A stretch of 63,992 bases of DNA, counting the filler, from Olpidium bornovanus S191 (taxonomy: Eukaryota > Fungi > Olpidiomycota): the NCBI GenBank assembly GCA_017911155.1. It is 30 parts of 30 records of this genome, joined end to end, with 100 filler letters (N's around TTAATTAATTAA, not from the genome) between each part and the next. Parts side by side here need not be neighbours in the genome. Positions count along the whole stretch, not along the records: positions 1 to 1,730 come from JAEFCI010006981.1; positions 1,831 to 3,458 come from JAEFCI010010223.1; positions 3,559 to 7,125 come from JAEFCI010009800.1; positions 7,226 to 9,271 come from JAEFCI010008934.1; positions 9,372 to 11,487 come from JAEFCI010010295.1; positions 11,588 to 13,907 come from JAEFCI010009649.1; 24 more parts are not named here. The stretch is one strand, 5' to 3'. The position numbers and the translations under genes were made by a program. The stretch's first letter is position 1. The number at the start of each line of letters is the position of its first letter. The notes below the pieces were generated by a model. The model saw only the letters and a list, made by a program, of their open reading frames with translations. It ran no database searches and had not been told where the DNA came from. Shown piece by piece: positions 1-11,909 of this stretch.

Positions 1-1080
1 CGCATGCCAGTCGGGGTTAAATTTTGCTTCGCTGTTGTCAGCCGTGAAGCCTGGTCTGGCATCGGCAGCGCAGTCGTCAGCCAGGTGCCAGAACGAGTCA
101 ATTTTGTCTTTGCAATTGTCGGCCGCGAATGGGTCGGGGAGCTTGTTGGGCTCCCGAAGTTTTTGTTCCCGAGGTGAAAAGAGAGCTTTTGCCAAGAGAT
201 TTTCAGGTCATATTCCCGGAGCCAAGGGGTTCCGAGAATCAGGTATTATTTGACGTCGTCGGTGACGACGAAGTCCGAGTCAACAGTCCACGGCATTCCG
301 CCTTCGTCGAGAAGGGAGACCACCGCGGTCGTGGCACGGGTCGGGCTGCTGGAACAGCCGTCCGCAAAATAAAGGCAGGTTTGCGAGTTTTTCTGCCGAA
401 GCCCCGCGGCTACCCGGGAGTTCATGAGGTTCCCGGTACAGCCGCTGTCAATGAGAACTTCAACAGAGCGATTACCGAGGAGTCCTTTCGCCAGCAGGAG
501 GCACCCCATCGAGGACTTGGTGCCGAGAACGGTAGCGCTCACGGCGATCGTTCCGGGCTCACGCGCCTCGGGGCGCAAGTCAGTGTTTTTGGCAGGGGGT
601 TTGACGGTGTTCCGGAAGTCGGTCGCGGCTTTCGCCGGAGAGTCCATCGCGGCCTCTAGTTTTTTGACTTCCGGATCTTCCTCTTTTTTGGGCGATCCGG
701 CGATCTCGTCGAGCTCCTCCGCGACGGATATGGCCTCCTCCAGGGAGGCGACTCACATAACGCGGAGGTCTCGTTGGAGACTGTTTGACAAGCCCCGTTT
801 GTATGCAAAGTACTTGTTGGCTTCGGTAAGGTCGGGAAGGAGGAGCGCCAAACGCCGGAATCCCTCCGTGTATTGGCGCGCCGAGCCGGTTTGTTGTAGG
901 CTGGCCAGCTGCCTCCGCTCGTTCTTCTCCTCCACGCGCGAGCGTATCCCTGCCAAGGTGAGCGAACCGTGTTCCTGGAATTAGCGGCTGGTGTAATGCG
1001 CCTGTCTTCGATCCTGCCTTGTGTCCGCCCCTCGAGTGCGGTTAGGATGTAGGTTAGAATTAGCAGTATGTTGTGCGGGA
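1..1080 (-). mobile_element. Degenerate Ty3/gypsy LTR retrotransposon, gag plus aspartic protease (truncated by the window edge before RT)
   Basis: One minus frame gives a retrotransposon Gag-like segment (ERRQLASLQQTGSARQYTEGFRRL...KYFAYKRGL), then a retropepsin (VEVLIDSGCTGNLM...YLILGTPWLREYDLKISW). In-frame stops at 981-983, 753-755 and 246-248. No LTR identified. Confidence 0.85.
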
Positions 1081-1730
1081 TTTGGTTGGGAGACAGCTCA
1101 CGCGACGCCAAAACACCAACTGAATGCATATTATAATGTGATGAGGTTAGTTGCCACCCGCGAAGCGTTAAAGAAAGTGAGTCGGTACTTACGCAGGGCA
1201 CTCGGCTGCCTCCAAGCACTTCTTCCATCCTGTCGTGTGTCGTTGGCACGAATCACAGGACGTCACCCAGCCCACCTTTTTCTGCATCTTCCGCCAGAAA
1301 TTCCTCTTCTCAGAGGCCTAGGAGGGTGCGGCGTTGCCAGGGTGGGAGGTGTCGTGTGCCGCGGAGATTAGGAGATCTCGGAAGTTTCCTTTCGTGTATC
1401 CGTCTTCGTGCAGCATGCTTCGAATGCGCTCCAGGGCGTCCGCTTCAAGAGTGCGGGACCTTTATCTTTGATCGTGGGTGACGGGATCTAAGATTCGAAC
1501 TTTACGCCCAGGACAGAGGGAGCCTGATGCAAGGTATCGTGCAAACGGCACGCAAACCAGGCGCACAATCAGCGTGTGAACGTGGCGGGCATGTTATAAA
1601 GCCCGAACAGCATGACTGCGCATTCGAAGTGGCTGTTATGCAGGAAAATTCGATGTTTTACAGAGCTAACGACATTTGATAGTAGCCTTGTGTGAGGTTG
1701 AGGGCTAAAATTACACGAGCTCCAACCAGC

Positions 1731-1830
1731 NNNNNNNNNNNNNNNNNNNNNNNNNNNNNNNNNNNNNNNNNNNNTTAATTAATTAANNNNNNNNNNNNNN
1801 NNNNNNNNNNNNNNNNNNNNNNNNNNNNNN
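1731..1830. other. Artificial contig-joining spacer (44 N + TTAATTAATTAA + 44 N); first of 29 such spacers
   Basis: 100-bp spacers start at 1731, 3459, 7126, 9272, 11488, 13908, 17836, 19384, 20713, 23832, 28412, 30349, 32018, 34158, 35526, 37223, 41308, 42761, 44730, 46386, 49517, 51602, 53194, 55425, 56551, 57996, 59161, 60607 and 62734. TTAATTAATTAA places stops in all six frames, a standard pseudomolecule linker. Confidence 0.98.
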
Positions 1831-1938
1831 AGTAAATCTGAGTTTAGTTAATTTTACTGAGGCAGATAAGATTTCGGTGCGTACTGACGCGGAGCTCGCC
1901 CGAGCAACGTGGCAACAAAGAAAGAAAATAAAAAGAAT

Positions 1939-3313
1939 TTAGAATTTCATGACGGCGGCGCCGCTACCCGGCCGCGTCGCGAAGATGGCCCCGTTGATAA
2001 CCTCCTCGCTTAGGCCGCGCGGCCGGTAGTACGCGTCCTTCACCTTCTCGATGAAGTCCGCGACGATCGTTTCGGGGACGAGGGAGACTGTGCAGCCTCC
2101 CCATCCGGCCCCGGTAAGACGGGAACCGAGAGATCCCGCCAGGCTTTTTATTTTTTGTTTGTTTGTTTTGTTTTGTTTGTTGTTTTCGGACCCGAAGAAC
2201 GGTCGCGTCACCGGTTACACTCCGCGGCGCTCAGAACAGTTTTCAGAAAGCAATCACGCGAACCGGAGGGCACACTTACCGGCAGTGGTCTACGAGCTCG
2301 TTGATCTCGGGGCAGGAACAGTCGAAGTCGTCGCGGCACGACTTTTGCGACATGTTCATCAGCGAACCAAGCTTCTGGAGAACCTCTTTGCCGAAAAGCG
2401 TGCCCTCGTCGTCGCGTCCCGCGCACTTCTCGCACGTGTCCCGGAACTCGTAAACGCGCAGAGCTTCGGAGAAAACGTGCTTCGCGCGGCTGTAAAGGTG
2501 GAAGACGTCTGCGCGGACGGGAAATTGCGTCATGTAGCGGGATTCAAAATCCTGTTTCGCGGGATACGTTTCGCAGATTTCAGTAAGCGGGCAAGGGACC
2601 AAAGCAAGACGTTCTCCGATGGTTGTTAACCGGTTTCACTCCTCACAGCAACGCCGGTCGCCTCAATCATCTCCTCTTTGGTGTAACCCTCCTTCTTGCG
2701 GATGTGAAGTTCGACAAGCTTCATCATTTCCTCAAGCATACTCTTCCACAGTCCCACCGTTTCGGCAGCCAGCTCGTTCTGGCTCGCGCGAGTCGAGAAG
2801 TAAGCGACGCACACTTCTCGGAGAGTGCTGAGCTCGCCGTGCTGTTCAACCGACAGGTCCAGGGCCTTGGCGAGGGCAAGCGCCGCGGCTCGGGTCTCGA
2901 CGACCCGCAGGTTGTAGCACATCGGAGCAGACGTCAGTTTGTTCGAGACAACGAGGGTGTCCGCGATCACGAAAACCAGCGGGGGTTCGGTGACGGGGAG
3001 GGGGATCGGGGTCGGACGGAGCGCGGGCTGGAACTCAACGTGCAGAGCGTAGTTGGGGATGGAGCAAATTGACACGGTCTGGTCCATCCTGCGGAAGAAG
3101 AGTCCCCGTTTTCAGGATTTCTGGGAGCTTGAATGACAAACAAAGACGTGCCGGAAAATCCGCGACATACCCTCCGCTGTTCACGCCGACGTAGCGCTCC
3201 GCCCTGATGGCAATTTCGGCCACCTCCGTCTTAGTCAAGATCGCTCCGTTGGCGGTCAGCGTGGCCAAGGCCGAACAGCACACGAACGCCGATGAGCTGG
3301 AGAGACCGGCACC
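1939..3313 (-). CDS. GAL1: Galactokinase (GHMP kinase), 5'-partial, multi-exon
   Basis: [12 protein letters not shown] (GHMP motif II), [10 protein letters not shown]|[50 protein letters not shown] (motif III). GT-AG introns, e.g. 2279-2144. Stop at 1939-1941. Confidence 0.95.
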
Positions 3314-3403
3314 CTGACGGCAAACGGGCGGAATGCGCTAATCAACACTTTGCTCCGGCACCGCTCGGGCGTCTTCGACTTCTCGCGACGAGCGGAGATC
3401 GCC

Positions 3404-3458
<55 letters not shown>

Positions 3459-3851
3459 NNNNNNNNNNNNNNNNNNNNNNNNNNNNNNNNNNNNNNNNNN
3501 NNTTAATTAATTAANNNNNNNNNNNNNNNNNNNNNNNNNNNNNNNNNNNNNNNNNNNNACTAAAAAAAGGCGGAGAGGAAGGGTTTCTGGGTTTGTTATT
3601 GATTCGCTATTCGGGATTTAAGGCAAAACTATTATTTCCGCGGGAGTATGGCCCGGGTCCGCTGCGCGAGCCGGCATGGCGATTTGTTGTGGCACTGGAG
3701 GCACGGCGGTGCGGGGGCTGAACCCCGGGTCGCGAACGCACTTTTCGGATGTGTTTTAAGGACGGAGGCCTCGTCCACGCCAGCCCGCCTTGCCGTTCTT
3801 CTGTTTGTTTGTTGCGCGGATTCCACCCGCCCGCACAAAAAAAAAAAAAGG

Positions 3852-3893
<42 letters not shown>

Positions 3894-4343
3894 CTCGCCC
3901 TGCCGTTCTTGCCGCAGAAATCGCTCCTCTTCGCCCCCACTCCCACCGCGGCGCGACGCGGGTTCGACGAGGGCGGAAAGGTGTTTCGACCCCCGACCTC
4001 CCCCCTCCTGTACCCTCCGGCGATCCGTCGGGTCGCTTCTCCTTATGTTCGCGTGGCCGGCGGCCACTGCCCAAGGTTCGTGGGGCGCAAGTGAGAGACA
4101 CCCCGCGCTGCGGTCCGTCGTCAAGTCGCTGCGGGCGGAGTTGTGCTCGCCACTTTTTTAACGGGACGAAGGTGGAGCGGAAAGCAGCAAAGAAAGTTTC
4201 CAAGCCCGCCGACACCGGAAAACCGCCTGCCCTGCCCGAACCCCCTGACACCGCGGGGCGAGGCTTGAGCGAATTTCTCGCTTGCCTGCGTCTAACTGTC
4301 GAATCCCGAGAGAGCGCGCGAGAGAGAGAGAGAGAGAGAGGCC

Positions 4344-4793
4344 ATGTCGCGCGCGCTGTTCCCACCGGACACGACGAACTGGTTCGGTTCGTTTAATCTG
4401 ACGTGCTTCAACGTCCCGCTGCCGCTCTGCGCGCTGGTGGGCCTGCCGGCGCGCCAGGGCGGCGTGGCCGCTGAGTGCTACGCGCGGAACTTCGAGATCT
4501 TTGGCATGCTGGTCTTAATGCCCTGTGGGTGCAGTCCCGTCGCGGCTCCCCATTGGCGACGTTTCTTTTCGGTTGTTTCGTCGAAGGCTGCCGCTGACTT
4601 TTTCCTATCGCATCCTCGATTCGACGCGTTCGTTTACGAACGTCCGAAAGCGACGCTCTTCGTCTATTTCGTCGCGTTGTTGATGACCTTTTTTATAATT
4701 TGGTATATCAAGTCCAAGTACACGGCTGTCGGTATGTGGAGAGACGGAATACCCAAAAGAGAGAGAAAGAGAAAGAGAGAGAGAGAGAGAAAA

Positions 4794-4830
<37 letters not shown>

Positions 4831-6088
4831 ACGAGAAAGACACCGTGTCGCGCGAGCTGTTCCCGCCGCCCACGACGAACTGGTTTATTTGCGCCTTCTG
4901 GTTTTGCGTGGCTAATGTTTCTTGTATTTTTTGGATACTGCAGGAAGGAAGGAGATGGTCGTTTTCTTCTATCTGTATTGTGCAACGACCGTATTGGAAT
5001 TCCTGCTGATATCCGGTGCGATTCCCGCGGCGAGCTCGGTGTATCCGGTGAGAGAAAGCCGCGGTGGTTTGTTTTTAACGAAAGACGGGGTTAGCTGACA
5101 AAATCGCCCGGGCCGGCACTAAAGTTCCCCGCTGCGCATGCCTTTTGCGCGTTGTGATCATTCCCTTCGGTCACCCTGTGGCCCCTCCCCTCCTCCCACC
5201 CTACATGGCCCATTTCGGTTCAAAAGTATTTCGTCGCCGGCCACATCGGGTTGGTCTGCGCGTCATTCTGGTCGCTGCTCATGAACGGCTTCGTCGGGTT
5301 CCAGTTTGTCGAAGACGGAACCCCATTGAGCTTGTGGCTTCTGCGCACGCTCTCATTCGCGGCGTTCGGCGCGACTTACTTCATCGCCGCGGCCACTTTT
5401 CAAGGCTGGCTGGGGGGGTTTGACAGGGAGAACCCGGTCGTCCTTTGGATAACGTACTACGGCCTCAGCGGGGTTTGCGTGCTTATTTATGGTGCGCCCG
5501 CTGGAAGACGTGCTTGTTCGAGATGAGTTCGTGCAATTATTGCGCACGGCAGCTGATCAAAGCGTTTTCCAACCCCGCGTGCATCAGTCGTTCTGCAGAT
5601 TATCCTGGTGGTGAACACCCTGGATACGCGCTGGCCGGTCTGTGAGTATAATTACCGCTGCGTTTCTGCATTTCAAAGAAAAAGTCGCCCCCCCCGTCCG
5701 CCCACCTGACCCACGTCTTCTACGCCTTCCGCTCCTCCTTTTTTCGGTAGGGGATGTCATCTTGGGTTCAACGTTTTTTGCGATTGCCTTCGGATGCATG
5801 ATGTTCGCGGCGCGGCCAATATGCGCGCGCTCGTACCACTACGTGGACGGGCTTTTCTTCAGCAGCACGTTCAACTTCCTGGCCGTTCTCATGGTCTACA
5901 AGTACTGGGATTCGATCACCAAGGAGGACCTGGAGTTTTCCGTCGCCGGGGCGGGCGGAAACTGGGAGCTCCGCGAAAAACTGCTGCTGGCCGACGGGAT
6001 GGTTGGAGTCAAGCCGGTCCCCTTGACGTACTATGATGACGACCAGTATCACGTCCAACGCTACCGCCTCGCGGATCCTTCGCACTAG
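4344..6088 (+). CDS. CHS7: Chitin synthase export chaperone (multi-pass ER protein), multi-exon
   Basis: FGSFNLTCFNVPLPLCALVG, ECYARNFEI, IKSKYTAVG|RKEMVVFFYLY, SLLMNGFVGFQFVEDGTPLSLW, HYVDGLFFSSTFNFLAVLMVYKYWDSITKEDLEFSV: characteristic Chs7 segments in the expected order. Introns 4525-4650 and about 4732-4943. Confidence 0.93.
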
Positions 6089-6105
6089 TTTCACGTGAAA
6101 AAGGG

Positions 6106-6136
<31 letters not shown>

Positions 6137-6898
6137 AAAAGTAAACCCTAAACGCGCGTAGAAAAACCGCTAACGTTGGGTACATTTTTCCTCGGCTCCC
6201 ACTCACGATGGATGGTGCCATCGTCGTCCCTTTTGGCTCGACCCGCTTTAGTTTATTAGGGCACCACGGGAAATGTTCTTGAGGTCGCACACATCCAAAA
6301 TCCCGGATCCTTAAACTACGATACAATTCGATTATTCCAGACTCCAATGAATTCCGCTCTTCATAATCTATTCATCCTGACACGTTATTGAGAAATATTT
6401 AGATCTTTTCCTATTTTTGTTTTCATTACCGGATCGCCGTCAGTTAAGTGGATGCGCGTTTAAAGGCGCGCGACGTCCACGAGATGTCCACCCAAGAAAG
6501 TCGCCAAAGAAAAGAAAGAAAAAAAAAAAAGAAGGCGAAAGCGCGTGAACGAACGATTCGAATAAGAGTTTTGATACGTTGCGCACCCGTGCGCAACGTA
6601 TTATTTTACGCACCCTGCGGCTACGCCGCAGAAACCACCACACCCAAAATGCTAGACGACCGAAACAGCGCGGCCATGCCGCCCCCGACATGCAAAGCTT
6701 TAGCCGCAGCTTTGGCTTTTGTGACGTACAGACGGCGGTGTAAGCGTCGGTCTGCAGCAAACCACACCCAAAATTGCTAGACGCCCGCTGTAACGGAGAG
6801 GCCATGCTATAAATACGCAACCCAAACCACTTCACTTTGTTCTCAAATATACGCTACGACAAAGAAGACAAACAACAAAGAAGACAAACAGGCAAGTC

Positions 6899-7022
6899 AA
6901 CCGCAGATAGAAAGAGAGACGCAGATAGCCGAAAGCAAACACCATGCAGACCCCACAACCAACCGCAGATAGAAAGAGAGATGCAGAAAGCCGAAAGCAA
7001 ACACCATGAAGACCCCACAACC
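6899..7022. repeat. Tandem duplication, 62-bp unit x2
   Basis: aaccgcagatagaaagagagacgcagatagccgaaagcaaacaccatgcagaccccacaacc (6899-6960) repeated at 6961-7022 with 3 substitutions. Confidence 0.9.
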
Positions 7023-7311
7023 ACCCTCACTGCTGCTTTGCCTGAAGCACCGGGCGGCCGCTTGTCTTGAAATTCATAGAACAGACCGCGTTGAGTGCGT
7101 TGGATATAGTTGTGAAAGTTGGGTGNNNNNNNNNNNNNNNNNNNNNNNNNNNNNNNNNNNNNNNNNNNNTTAATTAATTAANNNNNNNNNNNNNNNNNNN
7201 NNNNNNNNNNNNNNNNNNNNNNNNNACAACATGAAGCAAATGTTAGATCAATCACGGTGACGACGGGATGGGTACGCTAAGAAACTGAACAGGGAAAAAT
7301 AATCCTTCACC

Positions 7312-9154
7312 TTCCCGCGCGACCTGCTCTCTGTGCCGCTGCAGCTTGGCTTATTGGGACCACGACAAGTGCGTCCATTCCCGTTTGTGGCTCAAACGTC
7401 TTCTGCTTCACAAAGCCGGAGTCGACGACGTACCTAAGCGGTTCATTAAAAGACGCCTTAGCTTTGCAAAATATAATCTTCGGTCATCTCTGGCCATAGG
7501 AAACCGCTTTCCATACCTAATGTTTGGGATCGTGACCGATGTCTTTGAACGACCAGATTATCCTTTTAGAGCGGCAAATGAGCCGGAGGGTTCCCCTCTT
7601 AAGTGCGGCGCGCAGGACAGCGCCAAGGACTTACCTGAGCAATGTTTGTGGAAAAGACCACCTTGCGGTGTCCTGGCCGCGCCCGCTCAAATATCGCACG
7701 TTGCTCCATCGTTTCCAGCGACCCGTAAACGGGCAGGACGGTCAGGCCGGTGACGTCATTGCAGAACCGTACGTCCCGCCGGTAACTGATGTTCCTTTCC
7801 AACTCGGCCAACTGCCTGCAGGCGTTCTCTATTTCGGCACCGCCGGTGAGGAAGACGAGGACGTCTCCGGGCTCCTCCGACTTGTGGATGTGCAGCGCGG
7901 TCTCCACAGCACGCTGGGCATAACAGCCGCGCAGACTGGAAATTTTGGAGTCGGCGTGGTGCAGGATCTCAACGGGAAACATCCTTCCCGGGATGCTGAA
8001 GACCGGACAGCCGTCGTGGAAATCGGAAAACTTCGCCGGGTCCAGCGTCGCCGACATGACGAGCACCCTCAGCTCCGGACGCTTCCGCCGGGCGCGCTTC
8101 AAGAGGCCGACGAGGACGTCCGTGTCGAGCGTGCGCTCGTGCGCCTCGTCCACTATCACCAGGTCTGTTGGTGGAACGCTTTGATGAGTGCGATAGCGGC
8201 TCCAGCCCCCGGTGGCGTAACTTCCGACACAGACAGAAAAAAAAAAAAGTCTACCGCGCAACATACCATACTGGGCCAAAGTCGGATCCACGACCGCCTC
8301 TCGCAGCAGTACCCCGTCGGTCATATACCTCAAGCGTGTCCGTTCCGACGTGCAGTCGTCAAACCGGACTGTGTATCCCACAGTCTCCCTAAGGCTGCAT
8401 CCCACCTCTTCTGCGACGCGCCTGGCTACTGTGACTGCAGCGATCCGCCTGGAACCGTTTCGCCCAAGTAAGCCTTTACTGGACACAGAGCGGACCCGCC
8501 GGTTTCGATTCAAGGCATAATGAAGCTACTGCAGGAAGCTGGGAAGCTCGCCTTGGTTGGGTGACTGCTATGCGACGGCATTTTAACTGTTCGCAATTGA
8601 GGATGTACTGCGGAATTTGCGTCTGCTCGGTCGTGGATTGTATTGGCGTCAGTCCCGGTATGCTGTTGATGCCCTCGGACACAAAACGCAGGTAAATGTC
8701 GACCCGACTCACCGTCTTGCCGGAGCCCGTCTCGCCCTTATTGCGCACGAGTGTCCGCGTTCCATTGCGTCGCATTAGAAACAAGGGTCAGGGTTCTTTC
8801 AGGAAACAGAGAGGAACCGGCGGCCCTCAAAAAACGTGTGGTATTCGGTGTGGGCCAAAACACAGAGAGGACTTGTGGCCATACCAGGACGACCAGCACA
8901 GGATGGCGCAGTATCGCATCCAAGAGCTCGTCCCTATACTTCCACACGGGCAGCGCCGTGTTCGGCATCGGCGGCGGCGGCGGCTGGAGGAGGGGGACCG
9001 GGGGCGGCGTGGACGCGGGAAAAGCCGGGCTGGACGCAGCGAGCGTTGCGGGGGGTCCGCGTCGGGGAGAAGTCACGTGACACCAGCTTGGTACACCGCG
9101 CACCAGAGGGCAACAGCCGGAAACCGGCAATAAAATCCTTTTTCCCCCGCTCAT
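7312..9154 (-). CDS. DEAH-box RNA helicase, DHX40-like, 3'-partial, multi-exon
   Basis: [71 protein letters not shown]|TSVTIPNIR|[18 protein letters not shown]. The insert [22 protein letters not shown] resembles DHX40. Start codon uncertain (8968 or 9154). Confidence 0.9.
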
Positions 9155-9371
9155 GCAGAATGCCTGTAAACAACGAAGCGCATTACGAAGTTTGCCAGCG
9201 CGGTTATGCCTTCGAACACTGTCAACACCTCCCTAACCCCGGCTACTGTGAGATAGCGACCCCGCAGTTGCNNNNNNNNNNNNNNNNNNNNNNNNNNNNN
9301 NNNNNNNNNNNNNNNTTAATTAATTAANNNNNNNNNNNNNNNNNNNNNNNNNNNNNNNNNNNNNNNNNNNN

Positions 9372-11433
9372 GGGAAGGAGAGGGTGGGGGGGGGCCGCGG
9401 AGTCACTGAAAACGCCTCGTTCAGGAGAAACAGCGCGCTCACCGTCACCGGACCGAGGTCGTAAAAGCCCGTCGAGGCACGGCCGTCCCGATGGCCGGCG
9501 GTTCCGAAACGGCGCCGACTTACTCGATTTCTACGCCGCCAGGCGTTCCAAGCGCGTAGACTCCGCGCCGGGCGATGGCGTCCCACACGCGGTGCAGCGG
9601 CGAGGGGAGCTTCGCGCCCGGGGTGACCCAGAGGACCAGACCGCCTATTTCACGGAGGACGTCCGTGATGAGAACAGGCTTCAGGTTGTTGGCCGTGGCG
9701 TCGAGCTGGTCCGGGAAATTCGCGAGGTCAAACGTCCTACGGCCGGGCGGCTGAGTTAGAGCCAAAACACCGGGGCGCATGCTGTTTTTCGCCGTGCCCC
9801 CCGTGCCCCCGGCGATGCCAACGAGAAAAAAACGACCTTCCCACGTCTCATTCACCTTACGTCGACCTGGGGCCAGTTCCGGAGGGCACGCGCGGTTTCG
9901 TCGTCGAGTCCCAGGTCGAAGACGACGAACCTCGCGGGGGAGCGTTGGCGGAAAACGTCCCGAAGGAGTTCCAAGAGGGCGGGCGCGTCCTTGCGGCCGG
10001 AAGCGGTGACCACCGTGCGACGGTGGTCGTGCGGGACGGTCACCGGGCGCTCTTCCCCGTGCTTGACGTCCGACCCGAGGTACTCCCCGTGCCGGGCGAC
10101 GAGGTCCTGCTGGCGCTCCCGGTCGGCGGGCGGAAAGGCGTCCGGCGCGGCCGCGCCGGGGCCCGGGAAAACCCACGCCGGGTCGCTGTAGAAGCTGACG
10201 GGATAGTGCGAGCATTTCCACCGGCGCGCGGCGAAGGCCCGCAGGCAAAGGTCGTCCGCGGCCAGCTCGACCGGCCGGGAGTCCCGGGCGAAGTAGCCCA
10301 GGGCGCGCGCCTTCTCGATGTCGACGAGGAGGGGCCCGCCGCGGCCTGCCACGTCGCGGACGTAGGCGGTCTCCCGCTGGCGAGGCTGGACGTCGAACCT
10401 GTGGAGCGCGCAGGGGCCGACCTGGCCGGCGAGCCGGACGGTGTGGACCGGGCCCGAGCGGTCCAGGCCGACGTCGTGGGCGCAGCGCCCGCTGACGGCG
10501 AGCAGGTCGGGGTAGGCCTTCCGCGGGAGCAGCAGGAGGCGGTCCCAGCCGTAGTCGCCCACGGCGGCGTCGACCCGGACGATCCCGAACGGCGCCGCCG
10601 CCAGGCGGAGCCCGAGGCCGTAGGCGCGCGCCTCAGCGAACGGGCGGCCGGCCTCCACCACGCGCACCCGCGTCAGCCGCGGCTCTTCCGGCTGCCAAGA
10701 AGCGGCGGCGGCGGCGGCGGCCGAGCGCGGGCCGCGCGCCCTCCGGGCGAGCGCGCGGTGCGCCGCGAGGACCTCGGCGGTCGAGTTCCTCGCGGCGCTC
10801 GCGCGCGAGCGCACGACGACGATCAGCTCGTACGCCGACAGCGTCATGGTGAGAACCCGCTCCAGCACCAGCCTGGCGGCGTCTTCCCGGCCAGCCGCGG
10901 TCAGGACCACGCTGACCTCCGGAGCCTTTTCGAGAAGCGTCTCGTCCGCGAGGACCGTGTGCGTCGGCCCCTCCTCCAGCGCCTGGAGAAACGACTTTTG
11001 CCGGCCCTGCCGCGCGAACTTCTGCGGGGGCCGGGGCGGGCGGGGGTAAGGGAGGGAGGGAAAGCCGGCAGACTCGATTTCAGCGCCAATCTCAAAGCGC
11101 GGCGGGAACGGGGCGCGAGGGAGAAAGGGGGGGGCGTTTCGGGAAACGCGAGAGCGGTCAACCGCCGCAGTCTTCTGCGGGGCGGCGCCGGGGTGGGGGT
11201 AAAGGGTCGACGACGGCGCGCGGGACGACGCGGGTGACGACGGCGGCGGCGGCCTGCGGCGGACGGCGGAGGGGCGGCCGCGGACGCACCACCGACGGGG
11301 TGCGCGAAGAGAAGTCGTACGAGAGCAGGCAGGCGACGGCCAGCAGCGCAACGAGGCCCCGGCGGACGACTGATAACGGCGAGCACGTCGGACGGAGTCG
11401 CCATGAGGCGCAGGGCGACGGCTGCCGGCGCAT
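9372..11433 (-). CDS. Type II membrane protein with a GT2-like (GT-A) domain followed by a DUF1647-like GT-A domain; 3'-partial
   Basis: N-terminal hydrophobic anchor (GLVALLAVACLL); SVVLTAAGREDAARLVLERVLTMTLSAYELIVVV matches the GT2 opening strand-helix-strand; second domain RTVVTASG...FVVFDLGL...RTFDLANFP...LKPVLITDVL...VLWVTPG. Intron GTGAAT after QVDVR and GTAAGT at about 9522. Confidence 0.6.
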
Positions 11434-11909
11434 GTCTTTCGCTCTCTCTCTCTCTCTCTTTTTTTTTTTTTTTTTTTTTTGCTGCGANNNNNNNNNNNNN
11501 NNNNNNNNNNNNNNNNNNNNNNNNNNNNNNNTTAATTAATTAANNNNNNNNNNNNNNNNNNNNNNNNNNNNNNNNNNNNNNNNNNNNAACCCTTATTCTG
11601 TGGCCCTGGATCGTAGAATTGACTATCTCAGCAAAAAAAATAATCTACAATAAAAGTCTAAAGAGCTCCGTTTTAACACAGGGCCAGAACGGCACCCTCA
11701 GACGCATGCCGGTGAAGTTACAACTTAGCAAAATGAGCAGAGTCCGGAAAAAGGTACCCCGGATTGAGGGCGAAACGCCCGTTGCGATGGGCCATCGTTT
11801 TCCGAATCCGGCTGCAAGCGAAAACGCAGCTTCGAAAGTGCTCGCTAAACAAAAACCTTTGTCGGTGCACCGAAAATTTGTGGAGGTTACCTGAAAAACT
11901 CGTCCGAGC

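Noticed and set aside
753-755. Programmed gag-pol stop readthrough in the retroelement
   Set aside because: The stops fall inside the Gag helical region and inside the protease, not at a gag/pol boundary, and there are three of them.
9945-11237. Long antisense or alternate-frame ORFs (also 39817-40422, 61495-62472, 63158-63850, 46940-48076)
   Set aside because: Shadow ORFs expected opposite GC-rich coding sequence; Arg/Gly/Pro-rich with no domain signal.
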